Notes under the pieces: generated by a model
The model's database searches: none
Seen by the model: the letters and a program-made list of their open reading frames with translations, nothing else
Told to the model about the DNA's origin: nothing
Translations under genes and position numbers: made by a program
NCBI RefSeq assembly: GCF_046119375.1
Contig: NW_027362771.1
Span: forward strand, 226,424,001-226,488,000
Direction: 5' to 3'
Source: Phyllobates terribilis
Taxonomy: Eukaryota
DNA: 64,000 nucleotides
Part shown: in pieces, positions 1 to 11,200 of the stretch
How positions within the stretch are numbered: the first letter of the stretch is position 1
How the letters are laid out: every line of letters starts with the position of its first letter

Positions 1-127
1 GGACGAACCTCCCACGAGGGACTCGCTGAAAGTCGAGTCTCAGGCCGGAACCTACCAGACCAAGGATCCAATTATTAGAAGAAATATTTGTCCAGGCAGA
101 TAAGAAGCCCAATAACCTCCCCCCTAC
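1..127 (-). CDS. DIRS reverse transcriptase ORF, N-terminal fragment (runs off window)
   Basis: Hand translation: VGGRLLGFLSAWTNISSNNWILGLVGSGLRLDFQRVPRGRFV, matching the GGRL..F...W motif that opens DIRS pol. Confidence 0.75.
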
Positions 128-139
128 CTGGGCCGCGAG

Positions 140-1725
140 TCATTGGCTCGGTTTTCGGGGGCCTTGGCTAGCAGAAGAGGATCCGAACAGGAGCCCTTTA
201 CCTTTCGGTCTACGGTCTTCCCATTTATCCTGACCCTTCTGGCGCTTATTACGTAAAAACCTTCTTTTCTGAAAAGGACGTTTGTACGTGGGGGCAGATA
301 GGTTAGGAAAGCCTCTTTTTGTGTCACTTGCTCTATCCAGTAGCTCATCCAGAACCGACCCAAAAAGATGTCCCCCTTCACAAGGGATAGCGCAGAGTCT
401 TGTCCTCGCATACATGTCCCCCGGCCAACATTTTAGCCACAAGGCTCTCCGGGCCGAGTTAGACATGGCGGCCGACCTTGCTGCTAATCTGACAGAATCT
501 GCCGATGCGTCCGCTAGAAAGGCTGCCGCCCCCTGAAGAACAGACATGTCCGCCAAGATTTCCTTCCTGGGGGTATTGTTTTTAAGATGGGCTTCATGCT
601 GGTCCAGCCAGATCATTAGGGACCTGGCGGTACAGGTAGCTGCCACCGCGGGTTTCAGAGCTCCCGCCGAAGTCTCCCAGGTCCCTCTAAGGAAAGAATC
701 AGCCTTCCTATCCAGGGGGTCTTTAAGAGCTCCCATATCATCAAACGGAAGGGAGGAACTCTTAGAGGCTTTGGAAATGGCCACATCTATCTTGGGGGCT
801 TTTACCCAGGAGGAAGAGGCCGATTCCTCAAAGGGGTACTTCCTTTTGAAGAATGGAGGTAGAGTGCCCTTCCTTTCCTTTTTTTTCCATTCACTAAGGA
901 TTAAGCCCTGAATCTTTTCGTTCAACGGAAAACTCCTTCTCTTCCTTTGACCCAGCCCCCCGAACATAACGTCCTGGACTGACTTCCCCTGCCTGGCCTC
1001 TGTGATGCCCATAGTGGACCGAACATTTTAATCAATCCGTTCACTTTACCAAGGGGGAAGCAATTTTGTCCCACACCACTATCAGAGGAGGAAGCTGAGG
1101 AAAAGGCTGCACTATCTGAATCCGACTCATAGGGAGAGGATAGGGGGTCATCCAAGACTAAGGGGATCTCACAGTCCGAGTTCACTTTCTCTTTAACTCT
1201 CTTGGAGAGGACCTTGTGAATCTCTGTTTTAACTAAGGTTTTTAAACCAGAAGTTAGAGCAGGACCCTCTTCTGCCAGTGTCTGGTTTATGCATAACTGA
1301 CATAGCTTTTTAGGGTATCCGTCAGGAAGAAGAGACTTGCATAGCGCACACTGTATATGCTTTGCCTTGGCGGTACATTTCTTCCCCTGTTAAAATTTAG
1401 AAGGGGAGAAGGGATACCATATTACTAAGTGAACTTACTCGAAGATCAGTTACCCAGGCGGCTCAGGAAGAAAAAACAGCTGGTACCGGATTGGAGGAAG
1501 GACCCTTCTCAGCCGGGGGACCTTCCCTAGAGGCTGCAGATTCGTCCGTTCTACCGGAGGTATGGTGACCAGACCTAGACCCCGAGCTACGTTTTCCTGA
1601 GGACCGGCTACCAGAACCACATGCGCGATGCGTTTTTTGGGGCTTCCCAGACAGCCGCTGAGATGGTGAAGATGGCGGCTGCTTCACCTGCTGCTGCTGC
1701 AACTGGACACCTTCAGACTCCATAA
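140..1725 (-). pseudogene. DIRS ORF1/gag (zinc finger plus LAP2alpha-like domain), probably spliced, one frameshift near 1030
   Basis: ORF 140..1012 (KAPKIDVAISK..LKDPLDRKAD..ARRALWLKCW..LFGSVLDELL) resembles amphibian DIRS gag. The frame 1386-1030 is open and joins it by a 1-nt shift (LIKM/VRSTMGI). The upstream ORF segment 1725-1487 joins in phase 0 across an intron-like stretch. Confidence 0.75.
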
Positions 1726-2051
1726 TGAAAGAATGAAGCTTTCGGAAGCACTGAGCCATGTTACCTGATAGTTTAAATAGGTATTGACTCCTCCCCTCTA
1801 GCAGCGCATCAGCACACTTTTTCCATTTTTTTTTTTTTTTTTTGAATTTCGCGCTCTTTTGACACCGGCACATGATCGCCGAGTCGCGGTGACGTCATCG
1901 GGCCGCGACTTACCGAAACCCGGAAGTACGTGCCGCACGAGCTTCACGCGAGGACGCATGCTGTCAGCGCTCCCTCAGGTAAGCCGCGCTTTAGCGATGC
2001 ACCGCGCTGCGTTCACCCAGGGCAGGGCGAGGGGACACAATCACCTTGGCC

Positions 2052-4982
2052 CTCGACTGCATACTTCTCCTCACCCTGATGCTCCTTCCTCCCACCATGC
2101 CGAGTGTCGTCAGACAGCAACTGATCCCACAGCAGGACACTCTGAAGAGCTGTTCACTGGTCCATTTCCATATTTGTGCCCCTCGCCTGCTCCGCTTGCA
2201 GTGGTGGAAGAGGAGATCCCATGTAGCGATACCCAAATATTTGAACAGCCACGGCCAGAGGAAGTCGATGCTGGCAATTTGTCACAAGAGGTGGACGATG
2301 ACGAGACAATTGCCACGAAGTGAGGAGGAGGATCGTGGTGCGCAAGTGGAAGAGGAGGAGGAGGTGGTGGATGATCTAGTAACTGACCCAACGTGGCAGG
2401 AGGACATGCAGAGCGAGGCCAGCAGCACACGGGGAGGGAGGCAGAGTACCCCAACAGGCAGGAAGAAGCAGTGTGGTGGCCGCACACAGAAGGCGGGCAA
2501 CAGTTCCCCGTAACACCAACACAAGGGACGCTGTCAGTACAACCAGTAGGTCTTCCAGAGTCTGGAATTTTTTTAAAGACTCTGCTGATAACCCAAAAAG
2601 GTCATTTGTACCACCTGCCATGCCAGCATCAGCAGGTGTGACAAAACTACCAACCTGACCACCACCAGCATGATCAGGCACATGTCAGCAAAGCACCCGA
2701 CTTTGTGGGGGCGAACCGCAGGGTCCACGACCAGTGTCTGCGGGTGTCACCACTGCTTCTTCTGCTGTTGTGCGTGTAAGAGAACCCCCTGTTGTGCGTT
2801 CAAGGCAATCCCCTGTCCATACTGCATGCAAAGATGCCCCCTCCTCTCAGTCTTCACTTGTTATGGCAGTTTCTCAAGAAACAGCATCAACGTCCACTTT
2901 CCACCGCAGCGTTCAATTGTCCATATCCCAGACCTTTGAAAGAAAGCGCATATTCGCAGCCAACGCCCCACAGGCCACGGTCCTAAATTCGCACATTTCA
3001 CGACTGCTTGCGTTGGAAATGCTGCCTTTTAGGCTGGTGGAGACGGAATCCTTCCGCAACCTTATGGCGGTGGCCGTCCCTCGGTACTCGGTCCCCAGCC
3101 GACAATATGTTGCCCGGTGTGCCATCCCCGCACTACACAAGCACGTGTCCCAAAACATCTGACGTGCCCTCAACAACGCAGTTACTGGGTGGAGTCGACC
3201 TGACAACGGACACATGGACAAGTGCTTGTGGCCAGGGACGGTACATCTCCCTGACGGCACACTGGGTAAACTTAGTGGAAGCCGGGACCCAGTCGGACCC
3301 TGGGACGGAACACATCCTCCCCACACCAAGGATTGCAGGCCCTATGTCAGTCAGAGTTGCCCCTACAGTGTACAGCTCCTGCGCATCATCCTCCTCCTCA
3401 TGTTCAGCCTCCATCTCAGATATCACCACATCAGTTACAAGCTGGAAGCACTGCAGTACTGCCTCAGCGAAGAGGCAACAGGCTGTGCAGAAACTCATAA
3501 GCTTAGGTGATAAACCTCTCAATGCTTGTGAGTTGTGGACAGCTGTGAAAAAGCAGGCAGATCTGTGGCTGAGACCGCTGAACCTACATCCAGGCATGGT
3601 CGTGTGTGACAATGGCCGTAACCTGGTGGCGGCTCTGAGGAGAGGCGAGATCACACACGTTCCATGCCTGGCTCATGCGCTTAACCTCGTGGTTCAGCGG
3701 TTTCTTAAATCGTACCCAGAGTTGCCAGATCTGCTCGTCAAAGTACGCCGCCTGTCAGCTCATTTTCGGAAGTCGGCTGCAGCTTCCGCCGCCCTTGCTG
3801 TGTTGCAGCAGCGTTTGCAGCTTCTGGCACACCGACTGGTGTGTGATGTCCCTACACATTGAAACTCTACCCTCCACAAGTTGCAAAGGATTTGTGAGCA
3901 GAAGAGAGCAGTTGTGGAGTACCAGCGGCAACAAGGCCATCGATATTCAGGTCAGACTCCACACATAAGACCTCAGGAGTGGACCTGGATGTCTGACATA
4001 TGTACCATCCTGACAAACTTTAAAGGAGTCCACCAAGATGGTGAGTGGCGATGACGCCATCATTAGAGTCAGCATCCCACTTGTCTGTCTTTTGCAACGC
4101 TCTCTGCAGAGAATTAAAGAGGAGGCATTGCAGCCAGGGTATGATATGGATCAAGAAGCCGTAACGGGCGATTACACACAGCCCAGCCTCATCTCATCCC
4201 AACGTGCATTGGGGGACAATGAGGGAGAGGAGGAGGAAGAACAGGAGCTGGTATCATGCACTGTAGATGGTAGTACCTGTACAACTGTCATACCGTCGGT
4301 TCAGCCTGGGTGGCCTGAGGACAGGGGGGAGGAGGAGGAGAGCATGGTCAGTCGTCATCTTGGTGAGGACACGGAAGTCTTGCCCGTTACCAGTCTGGCA
4401 CACATGGCTGACTTTGTTACGCTGCCTTAACAGTTACCCTCGCATTGTCAAAATGTTGGGTGACAGTCATTACTGGTTGGTGACACTTTTAGACCCCCGC
4501 AAAAAGGAGAACTTTCACTCTCTTATTCATGAGGTGGAGAGGTCTACAAAAATGTGGCAGTACCAGAAAGCCCTTGCTGCAGAACTGTTAAAAAAATTCC
4601 CATCTGAACACTCTAGCAGCAGAGGTCACAGTTAGTTGACCAACCAAGGCGTACAGGCGAGAGAGACGCAACTCCAATCCAGCAGAGGCAGGGGAACACT
4701 GTCAACATTCTGGGACAGTTTTCTGAGACCCGCCCTGAGTCCTCCGTGATTCCTCTGTGCCTTTTAATTATTGGGTATCCAAGCTGGACACTGGGAATGA
4801 ACTCGTTCTGTAGGCCTTGGAGGTCCTGGCCTGCCCTGCCGCTAGCGTGTTATCGGAGAGTGTTTTTAGTGCCGCTGGGGGAATTATAACTGACAATGCT
4901 GACAAGCTGACCCTTATCAAAATGAACAAGGGCTGAATTGGGCCAGACTTCTCATCACCACCAAATGACAGCAGAGTAACAA
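2052..4982 (+). pseudogene. hAT transposase pseudogene (ZBED-like), frameshifted
   Basis: BED finger VWNFF..C..CH..RHMSAKH, TTDTWTS, VCDNGRN, CLAH, and C-terminal ACPAASVLSE..FSAAG dimerisation motif, spread over several frames with stops. Confidence 0.9.
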
Positions 4983-5271
4983 AGTCAAATCCACTGTGTT
5001 ATTTCGGGAGGTGTATTCACATGCACCGCTTCACACCCACACATGGGTATACGCTTCCTCATTTCGGCTGTATTTTGCTCTTCTCCTTATTCTCAGCCTC
5101 CACCACCACTATACCACCAGGGTGACAGTGGTCCGTGTAGCCAGCATTGCAAGTTCCTCCGTCCTAATTTTTGGCAGCTTTTGCTTGGAAAGCATAGGCA
5201 AAGACGATGGGAGAACCACTCCCCAGTAATGGGAATAATGTTTTGAATATGCTGGACTGCATGGCTCTTGT

Positions 5272-5595
5272 AAGGGGCATTAAAATAGTCTTGTTAAGCT
5301 ACTGCGACCTCCACCACTCTTCCAAGAGGAATTGATATTGTCTTTTTATTCCACTGCAACCTCAACCACTCTTCCAAGGGGCATTAAAACAGTCTTGTTA
5401 AGCTACTGCGACCTCCACCACTCTTCCAAGGGGCATTAAAACCGTCTTGTTAAGCTACTGCGACCTCCACCACTCTTGCAAGGGGCATTAATACCGTCTT
5501 GTTAAGCTACTCTGAACTCCACAGCTCTTCCAAGGGGCATTAAAATGTTGTTTTTAATTACCGCTAACCTCCATGACTCTTCCAACGGGCATTGC
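5272..5595 (+). repeat. 52-bp tandem repeat, about 6 units, internal to hAT copy 1
   Basis: aaggggcattaaaaccgtcttgttaagctactgcgacctccaccactcttcc-like units start every 52 bp from 5272 to 5584. Confidence 0.9.
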
Positions 5596-5894
5596 ATTTC
5601 CTCCTAATTTTAGTCAGCTTTTGCATTTCAATGCCTAGGCGAACACTAAGGGAGACCCACTCCCCAATAATGGGTAGAAGGTTTTTAGTACGCTGTAATC
5701 CACGTGTTTCAAGGGGCATTGAAGTTAAAGGGCCGGCGTTTTGCTTATGTGAGCACTGTAGTCCACGGGAATCTGACTGAGAGCCAGTGAAAAGGATATT
5801 GCGGGCCAGTTGCTCCACACCCCAAAGTAACAACCTCCACTTAGTGTATACATAACATTATAGTCTATGGGTGATAGATGCCACTGTTAGGCAT

Positions 5895-6194
5895 TAGTGT
5901 TGAGCGAGTATGTTCTGTTAACCCTTTCGCCGAGTATGCTCAGGCCGAACTCCGAGTGTTTACAGCTGCTCGGTGATCAGGTTAAATCGCTCCCGTGTGC
6001 ATGATTTGCAACTGTTTGACAGCTTTATTACATGTGAGGAATGTCTATTTCTTACACATTCCTCACATGTAATTAGGCTGTCAAACAGTTGCAAATCATG
6101 CACACGGGAGCAATTTAACCTAATCACCGAGCAGCTGTAAATACTCGGAGCTCGGCCCGAGCATACTCGGACAGAACATACGCGCTCAACCCTA
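5895..6194. mobile_element. 300-bp palindromic hAT MITE
   Basis: TIR tagtgttgagcg...cgctcaacccta, 8-bp TSD ttaggcat (5887-5894 and 6195-6202), nearly whole-length inverted symmetry. The TIR matches that of the large hAT. Confidence 0.92.
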
Positions 6195-7544
6195 TTAGGC
6201 ATCAGTCACAGCCTCTATTTAGTATATACATTAGAGCTTTTATCGGAAGAGGCTTTTATTCTATAATGGATAGCTGTGAACACAACATCCCTTACCATCT
6301 GCATTGACAGAATAAAGGCCCTGATTCATCACTGGAGTTTTATACACCAGACTTTGAGAGGCGTTCAATTCTTAATGAACCCGGCACATCCTTCCTTCTG
6401 CTGCCGTACACCACTGCAAGAAATATACTGCAGCCAGGGACTGGAGAACATTTCTGTGGTCATTTATGCCATAAATCATCATGAATTTGTTGGCCACACC
6501 TCCTCCACCTGTACTTTTTAAAAAACAAGTGGTTATAAAATTCTGCCACACTTCAACCAGTTTTACCATAGAAATCTGGCATAAACTGCTTAATGAATCT
6601 GGGCTAAGGACTTTACAAACAATGCTTGTATTCTGATCTTTGTACCAGAACAACATCTTAGGGTTTTGATTTCCCCAAGAAAGCCCTACCCAGGCACCTG
6701 AATGAAGACCTCTTTTTTAACCCTGATTTTGCATGTAAACCAGTCACAAATTATAGATACTTTTATGTGAAAAAGCCACATTGCCAAAGTCTGGTCAGAA
6801 ACAATTTGAATGCAGAGAATCTAAAAAATATTGTTTACATATTGCTGTTACTGTAAGACTAGACGTACAAGGTGAAACGTGTTGCATTGCAAAATCCCAT
6901 CTAATGATTTCCTATGGCGGTGGAACTGCAACCTGCAACTGCGACACAATTCACAAAGATTTCCAAATATGTTGGATTTTCTGTCGCTGGTTGCAAGTGA
7001 CTCACCTGTCATACAGTTCAATATAAGTTGCATGTGACCATGACTTACCTGTTGCTTATCTGCGATTTGGCATATTTTTTACAGCAAAACCACATCTCTA
7101 AACAGACGAACAGCAGCAAGTCACAGACAAGTTGCACAGATGTTTTTTGTGGTGCAACTTGTCTAAGAAATGCTTTCGTGTGACATCTTCATGTGTAGCC
7201 CTAGTCTAAAACCTGACAATATACTGTATATAACCAAAGGAGCATTCAAAGGTAATTTATTATCAAAAAATATCATAGAATTTTTTCAGTATAAAATCAT
7301 TTTCTTTTAGGTGATAAGTAGATCCTCCAAAGAAATCAAGAGAAATATTAGATGGGGGAAAAAAAAAAACCTCTTTTCACATCGTTGGGGGACAGACAAT
7401 GCCATTGGATGCTCTAGAGTAGTCCAAAGGAGAGGAAACAAAAACAAAAAAGAATGAAAAAAAGACCTATACGTCTGTCTATAGCTCAGCTTACTTCACC
7501 ATCTCCAGTCAAGTGAGGAATCTGAGAATGCTGATACCTTATGG

Positions 7545-7705
7545 CAGTGTTCTCCAACTCAGGTCCTCAAGACCATCAGCAGGTCATGTTTTCAGGATTT
7601 TCTTACTATTACACAGGTGATGGAATTATTCCCTGTGCAATACTGAGGAAATCCTGAAAACATGACCTGTTGGTGGGCCTTGAGGACTGGAGTTGGGGAA
7701 CACTG
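7545..7705. mobile_element. 161-bp hAT MITE
   Basis: TIR cagtgttctccaac/gttggggaacactg, 8-bp TSD ccttatgg on both sides. Confidence 0.9.
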
Positions 7706-8355
7706 CCTTATGGTGTACTGTCTCAGGGCCAACTTGTTATTGAATGAGCCCTGACTCATATGGGGGGTTTCCAGACCTCAGCATGTAACCCCACCGAAAC
7801 AGCCAAAAGGATTTTATAAGCTTTGGAAGCCTTGGATGTCACAAGCCTCTTTTCGAGGATGATGAAAAAAAATGAATGACAGAAGGCGGTTATTTGGAAC
7901 TCCACATTCAGCTGATGTAGAGAATTTTACAATGGGAAAAGGAGGGTAAGAGAAAGGGGAGAACAGAATTCTTTGAAAAAGCGAGTGACAGCATACAGTT
8001 GCCAGTTTGGACACTCTTCTAATAAAAAATACCCCCCACAAAAAAAACACCTTGCAGGAAAGAAGGAGAAGGGGGCATCACACTGGAGGTTAAAAGAGGA
8101 ATGATTGCACAGCATTAAAGACCAAGTTTAGGGTCCAAGAGAACCATAGTGTTTTGGTAGGGAGTGGCTACATTGACAACCCTCAGAAAATGAATCACAT
8201 GTCAAGCATGCTATCTAAAGGTTTTTAAAACATGGCAGAGAGGAGAAATCTGACACTTAAGTGTACTAAAGACCATCTCTAGACAACCCTGAATGAGAAA
8301 GGAGATAGAAATGTAGACCTGCTTTTTGTTTCTTTTTAGGAGTGGTAGACTTTAA

Positions 8356-8706
8356 TGGGCATTTAGGATCAACCTGCCTAAGCCGTCTATATGGGTATGT
8401 AGGCCATAGAAAGGTGGATAATATGATTCCTTGATATCTGCTTTTTATTCCCAAGAACTCTATTATGCTTTTTTCATATGTAAATGAGCTGTTCTTGGAT
8501 ATCTGCAGGATATTAAGCTCGCTTTTATGAAATATAAGCTCTGGAGGAAGATTCTCATACAGATCAGTGTCCGGCTCATAGTCCGGAGTAGCTCATTTAC
8601 ATATAATAAAAACATGGAGAGATATCAAGGTATCATTTTATTCACCTTTCTATGGCCTATATGCCATATAGACGGCTTTGGACGGTTGATCCTATTGACA
8701 GATTCC
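8356..8706. mobile_element. TTAA-flanked (T2/Kolobok-like) MITE, left end decayed
   Basis: Long inverted arms (taggatcaacc..ggccatagaaaggtg / cacctttctatggcc..ggttgatccta), right end gacagattccTTAA. Confidence 0.6.
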
Positions 8707-8773
8707 TTAAAAGGAAGGAAGAGAATCACATTTATACTACATTTCTAAATGCAAGTATTTGCTAATATTATTA

Positions 8774-9690
8774 GGCTGTGTGCCCACGATGCAGAAATGC
8801 TCCGTTTTTTTCCTGAGCATTTCTGCATCTCCCTGGCAGAAAAACGCATGAGGATTGTACATGTGGATTGTACATGCGTTTTCCTGCCAGGGACAAGCGG
8901 ATGTGAAGCGTTCTTCACATGCATTTCCGCATGCGGGTTGTCAAGCGCTTTCCAAGCGATTTTAGCATCACTTGGAAAGTGCTTGACAACTTGGTCACAC
9001 TATATAAATCCATGCAACCGGCATGGATTTATATAGTGTAACAGTAAAAGAATATATTATACTTACCTTCTGATGGCCCCCCGGTGTCCTTTTCCGATGC
9101 GTCCGGTCTCCCCAGGGTATCATGGTTGTGTAAAAGGACCTGCCATGACGTCATTTAGTCATGTGACGGGTCAGGCGACCGCCGACGTCAGCGGTTGCGT
9201 GACCCGGCACATGACTAAATGACGTCATGGCAGGTCATTTTAGACCATCGAGAGCTGCCAGGGGAGCCAGGACGCATCGCTATGGAGACCAGGGGCCATC
9301 AGAAGGTGAGTATAATATTTATTTTTTATTTTAAATTATTTTTTTTTTACTGGTACTATGGTACCCGGGTCTGGATGAGAGTCTCCTCTTCTCCAGACCC
9401 GGGTACCATCCTCACATTGAATCGCTTAATATCCGCATGTGCACATTTAGTCATGCGAATATTAAGCGATTCAATGCAAGTCAATGGTGGCAAATACACT
9501 GCGATTACTCAAAATAATTGTTAGTGCTGCGGATTTTTCTGCAATGATAATCCACAGTGGAAATCTCCGCAGCATGTGCACAGCACATACGGATTATCAT
9601 TGGGGAACATGGCAGACCTTCTACCAAGCGTTTCTGCGGCGGAATTTGCGCTGCGGAAATACTTAAAAAACGCATAGTGGGCACGCAGCC
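8774..9690 (+). mobile_element. PIF/Harbinger-type non-autonomous element, about 920 bp (copy 1 of 3)
   Basis: TIR ggctgtgtgcccac/gtgggcacgcagcc, 3-bp TSD tta; same internal sequence as 31182-32099 and 34147-35077. Confidence 0.88.
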
Positions 9691-10496
9691 TTACACTCAC
9701 TGCATTTTGGGATCAGATCTTGGAATACCCCTTTAATTAATCTCAGGCATTCCAGCAATTATGCCATTGTTTTGGGCTTTTGTGGTTATGACATTCATTA
9801 CAAGGTAAAAATTACCTGCCAGTATGATATTTTTTTTTTTTTTTACAAAATTAAAAAGTAACAATAATAGGAGCTGTGTGAGCAGGCTTGCTTTTTGTGC
9901 TACGAGCTTGCAATTTTATGTTGGCGTACATATGTTTTTAATTGCTTTCTATTGCATTTTATTTTGTGGAGAGTGCAGTAACTCGAGTTTCGACTTTTTT
10001 CTTCTTTTCGTGTGTTTAACATATGGTTAGAAAACGTTCTCTTGATAGAGAACATAGTGGAACCACAAGCAGAGTTTCCCAGATCCATAGGAGGCATTCA
10101 GTATATGCAAAATTGAAGGTAACATGCAAAAGAAAAACAAGAAACTGTTCCCAGTGGAAGCAAACCGCTATACCCTGGGGCATGCACAGGAAGTCTAGAC
10201 AATCGGGAGTCAGGGAGTAGAATTAGCTGTGTTATTTTAGAGACGTATGTTGCAAGGTAAGCCACAAATTTCTAAATTTCCACGCCAAGGGTCCAATAGT
10301 ACTGTGTTTTATTAAGTAAGAATGTGTGCAGCCTAATAGGCTTGATGAATCCTAAAAGTTAAACTTCCTAGGAATTCTAGATTTAGGGATTTCTTGTATG
10401 ACGCGTCAGCGTATATAACATTCACTTCCAGTATAATAAGTTAATAAGAGTAATTCAGAGGAATACTATGAACAGTGTAAAGTCAAAATGGTTTAC

Positions 10497-10652
10497 CTCT
10501 AAAGATTTTGCAAGTTCCACATGATTATCATAAACCAAAATATCTATAGAAATGTTTTGTAGTTGACTGATAAAATCTCGGTTTCCTTTAAGTGCGTCAT
10601 CTTCTACAAATACCTTCCAGTATCGGGAAGCACATTTAGTACCATCCCAAAC
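10497..10652 (-). CDS. POT1: POT1 coding exon (156 nt, phase 0/0; OB2 domain)
   Basis: ttgcag|VWDGTKCASRYWKVFVEDDALKGNRDFISQLQNISIDILVYDNHVELAKSLE|gtaaac; aligns to human VWDGTRTPFPSWRV..TIDILVYDNHVHVARSLK with the same exon length. Confidence 0.97.
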
Positions 10653-11200
10653 CTGCAATGGGAAGAGACCATCCATAATTTAAAATACATTTCCAATATA
10701 AGTAAAGTCTACACACGAGAACTGCTAACTACATACAAGTGGATTAAGAAGGGGCATGATTTGTGTATTAAAGGCTTCTGGGCCACACTCTCTATAATAA
10801 ATATAAGATACATAACTGGATGTGCATCCAAAATACACAGCATTGACTACATTAACTATGTAACAAAGTGCAAATTGACTTAAAATAGTAGTCACAAAAG
10901 GAGAAAACAAATTAGCACACACAGGTATTACTTCAGTCAAATGGCAATTTGGGGTAATGATTGACTGATCAGCTTGCGGTAATGGGAGCTAAACTGCAGT
11001 ACCTGAGAGCAGCCACTACACAGAGTAAGGAGCTGTAGTGTTACACCTCACTACACTGAACTTCCGATGGCTAGAAGCATTAGCTGATCAGCAAGGGTGC
11101 CGGGTCTGCAAAGGGTAGGTTACTAGCATCATAGACCCAAACCACTTCTATAAAGCACCACTCCAATGTTTTTTTAGGTGTGCATTATGAAACCCTAGAG

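Larger units (their letters stand above)
1..2051 (-). mobile_element. DIRS-type tyrosine-recombinase retrotransposon, 5' portion (gag plus start of RT); remainder lies left of the window
   Basis: Minus strand gives a C4 finger (KHIQCALCKSLLPDGYPKKLCQLC, about 1350-1290), a LAP2alpha-like gag body (140-1012), and directly after it the typical DIRS RT N-terminus VGGRLLGFLSAWTNISSNNWILGLVGSGLRLDF (127-1). The 5' boundary is set where homology to the hAT transposase starts (about 2052). Confidence 0.85.
2052..5726 (+). mobile_element. hAT DNA transposon (BED-finger transposase family), truncated at both ends; same family as 38328-52945
   Basis: Near-collinear with about 40483-43500 and 50560-50712 of the full copy. 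Homology starts abruptly at ctcgac (2052) next to the DIRS and stops at ggcattgaagtt (5726). Confidence 0.9.

Noticed and set aside
7800-8260. Possible decayed LINE ORF2 fragment (WRL-like motif near 8085)
   Set aside because: Only one short motif and no continuous frame; not supportable without a RepeatMasker or HMM search.
1-10496. Next POT1 exon (human GSFLRIY..HGGTSYGRG)
   Set aside because: Searched by eye on the minus strand and not found; presumed left of the window.
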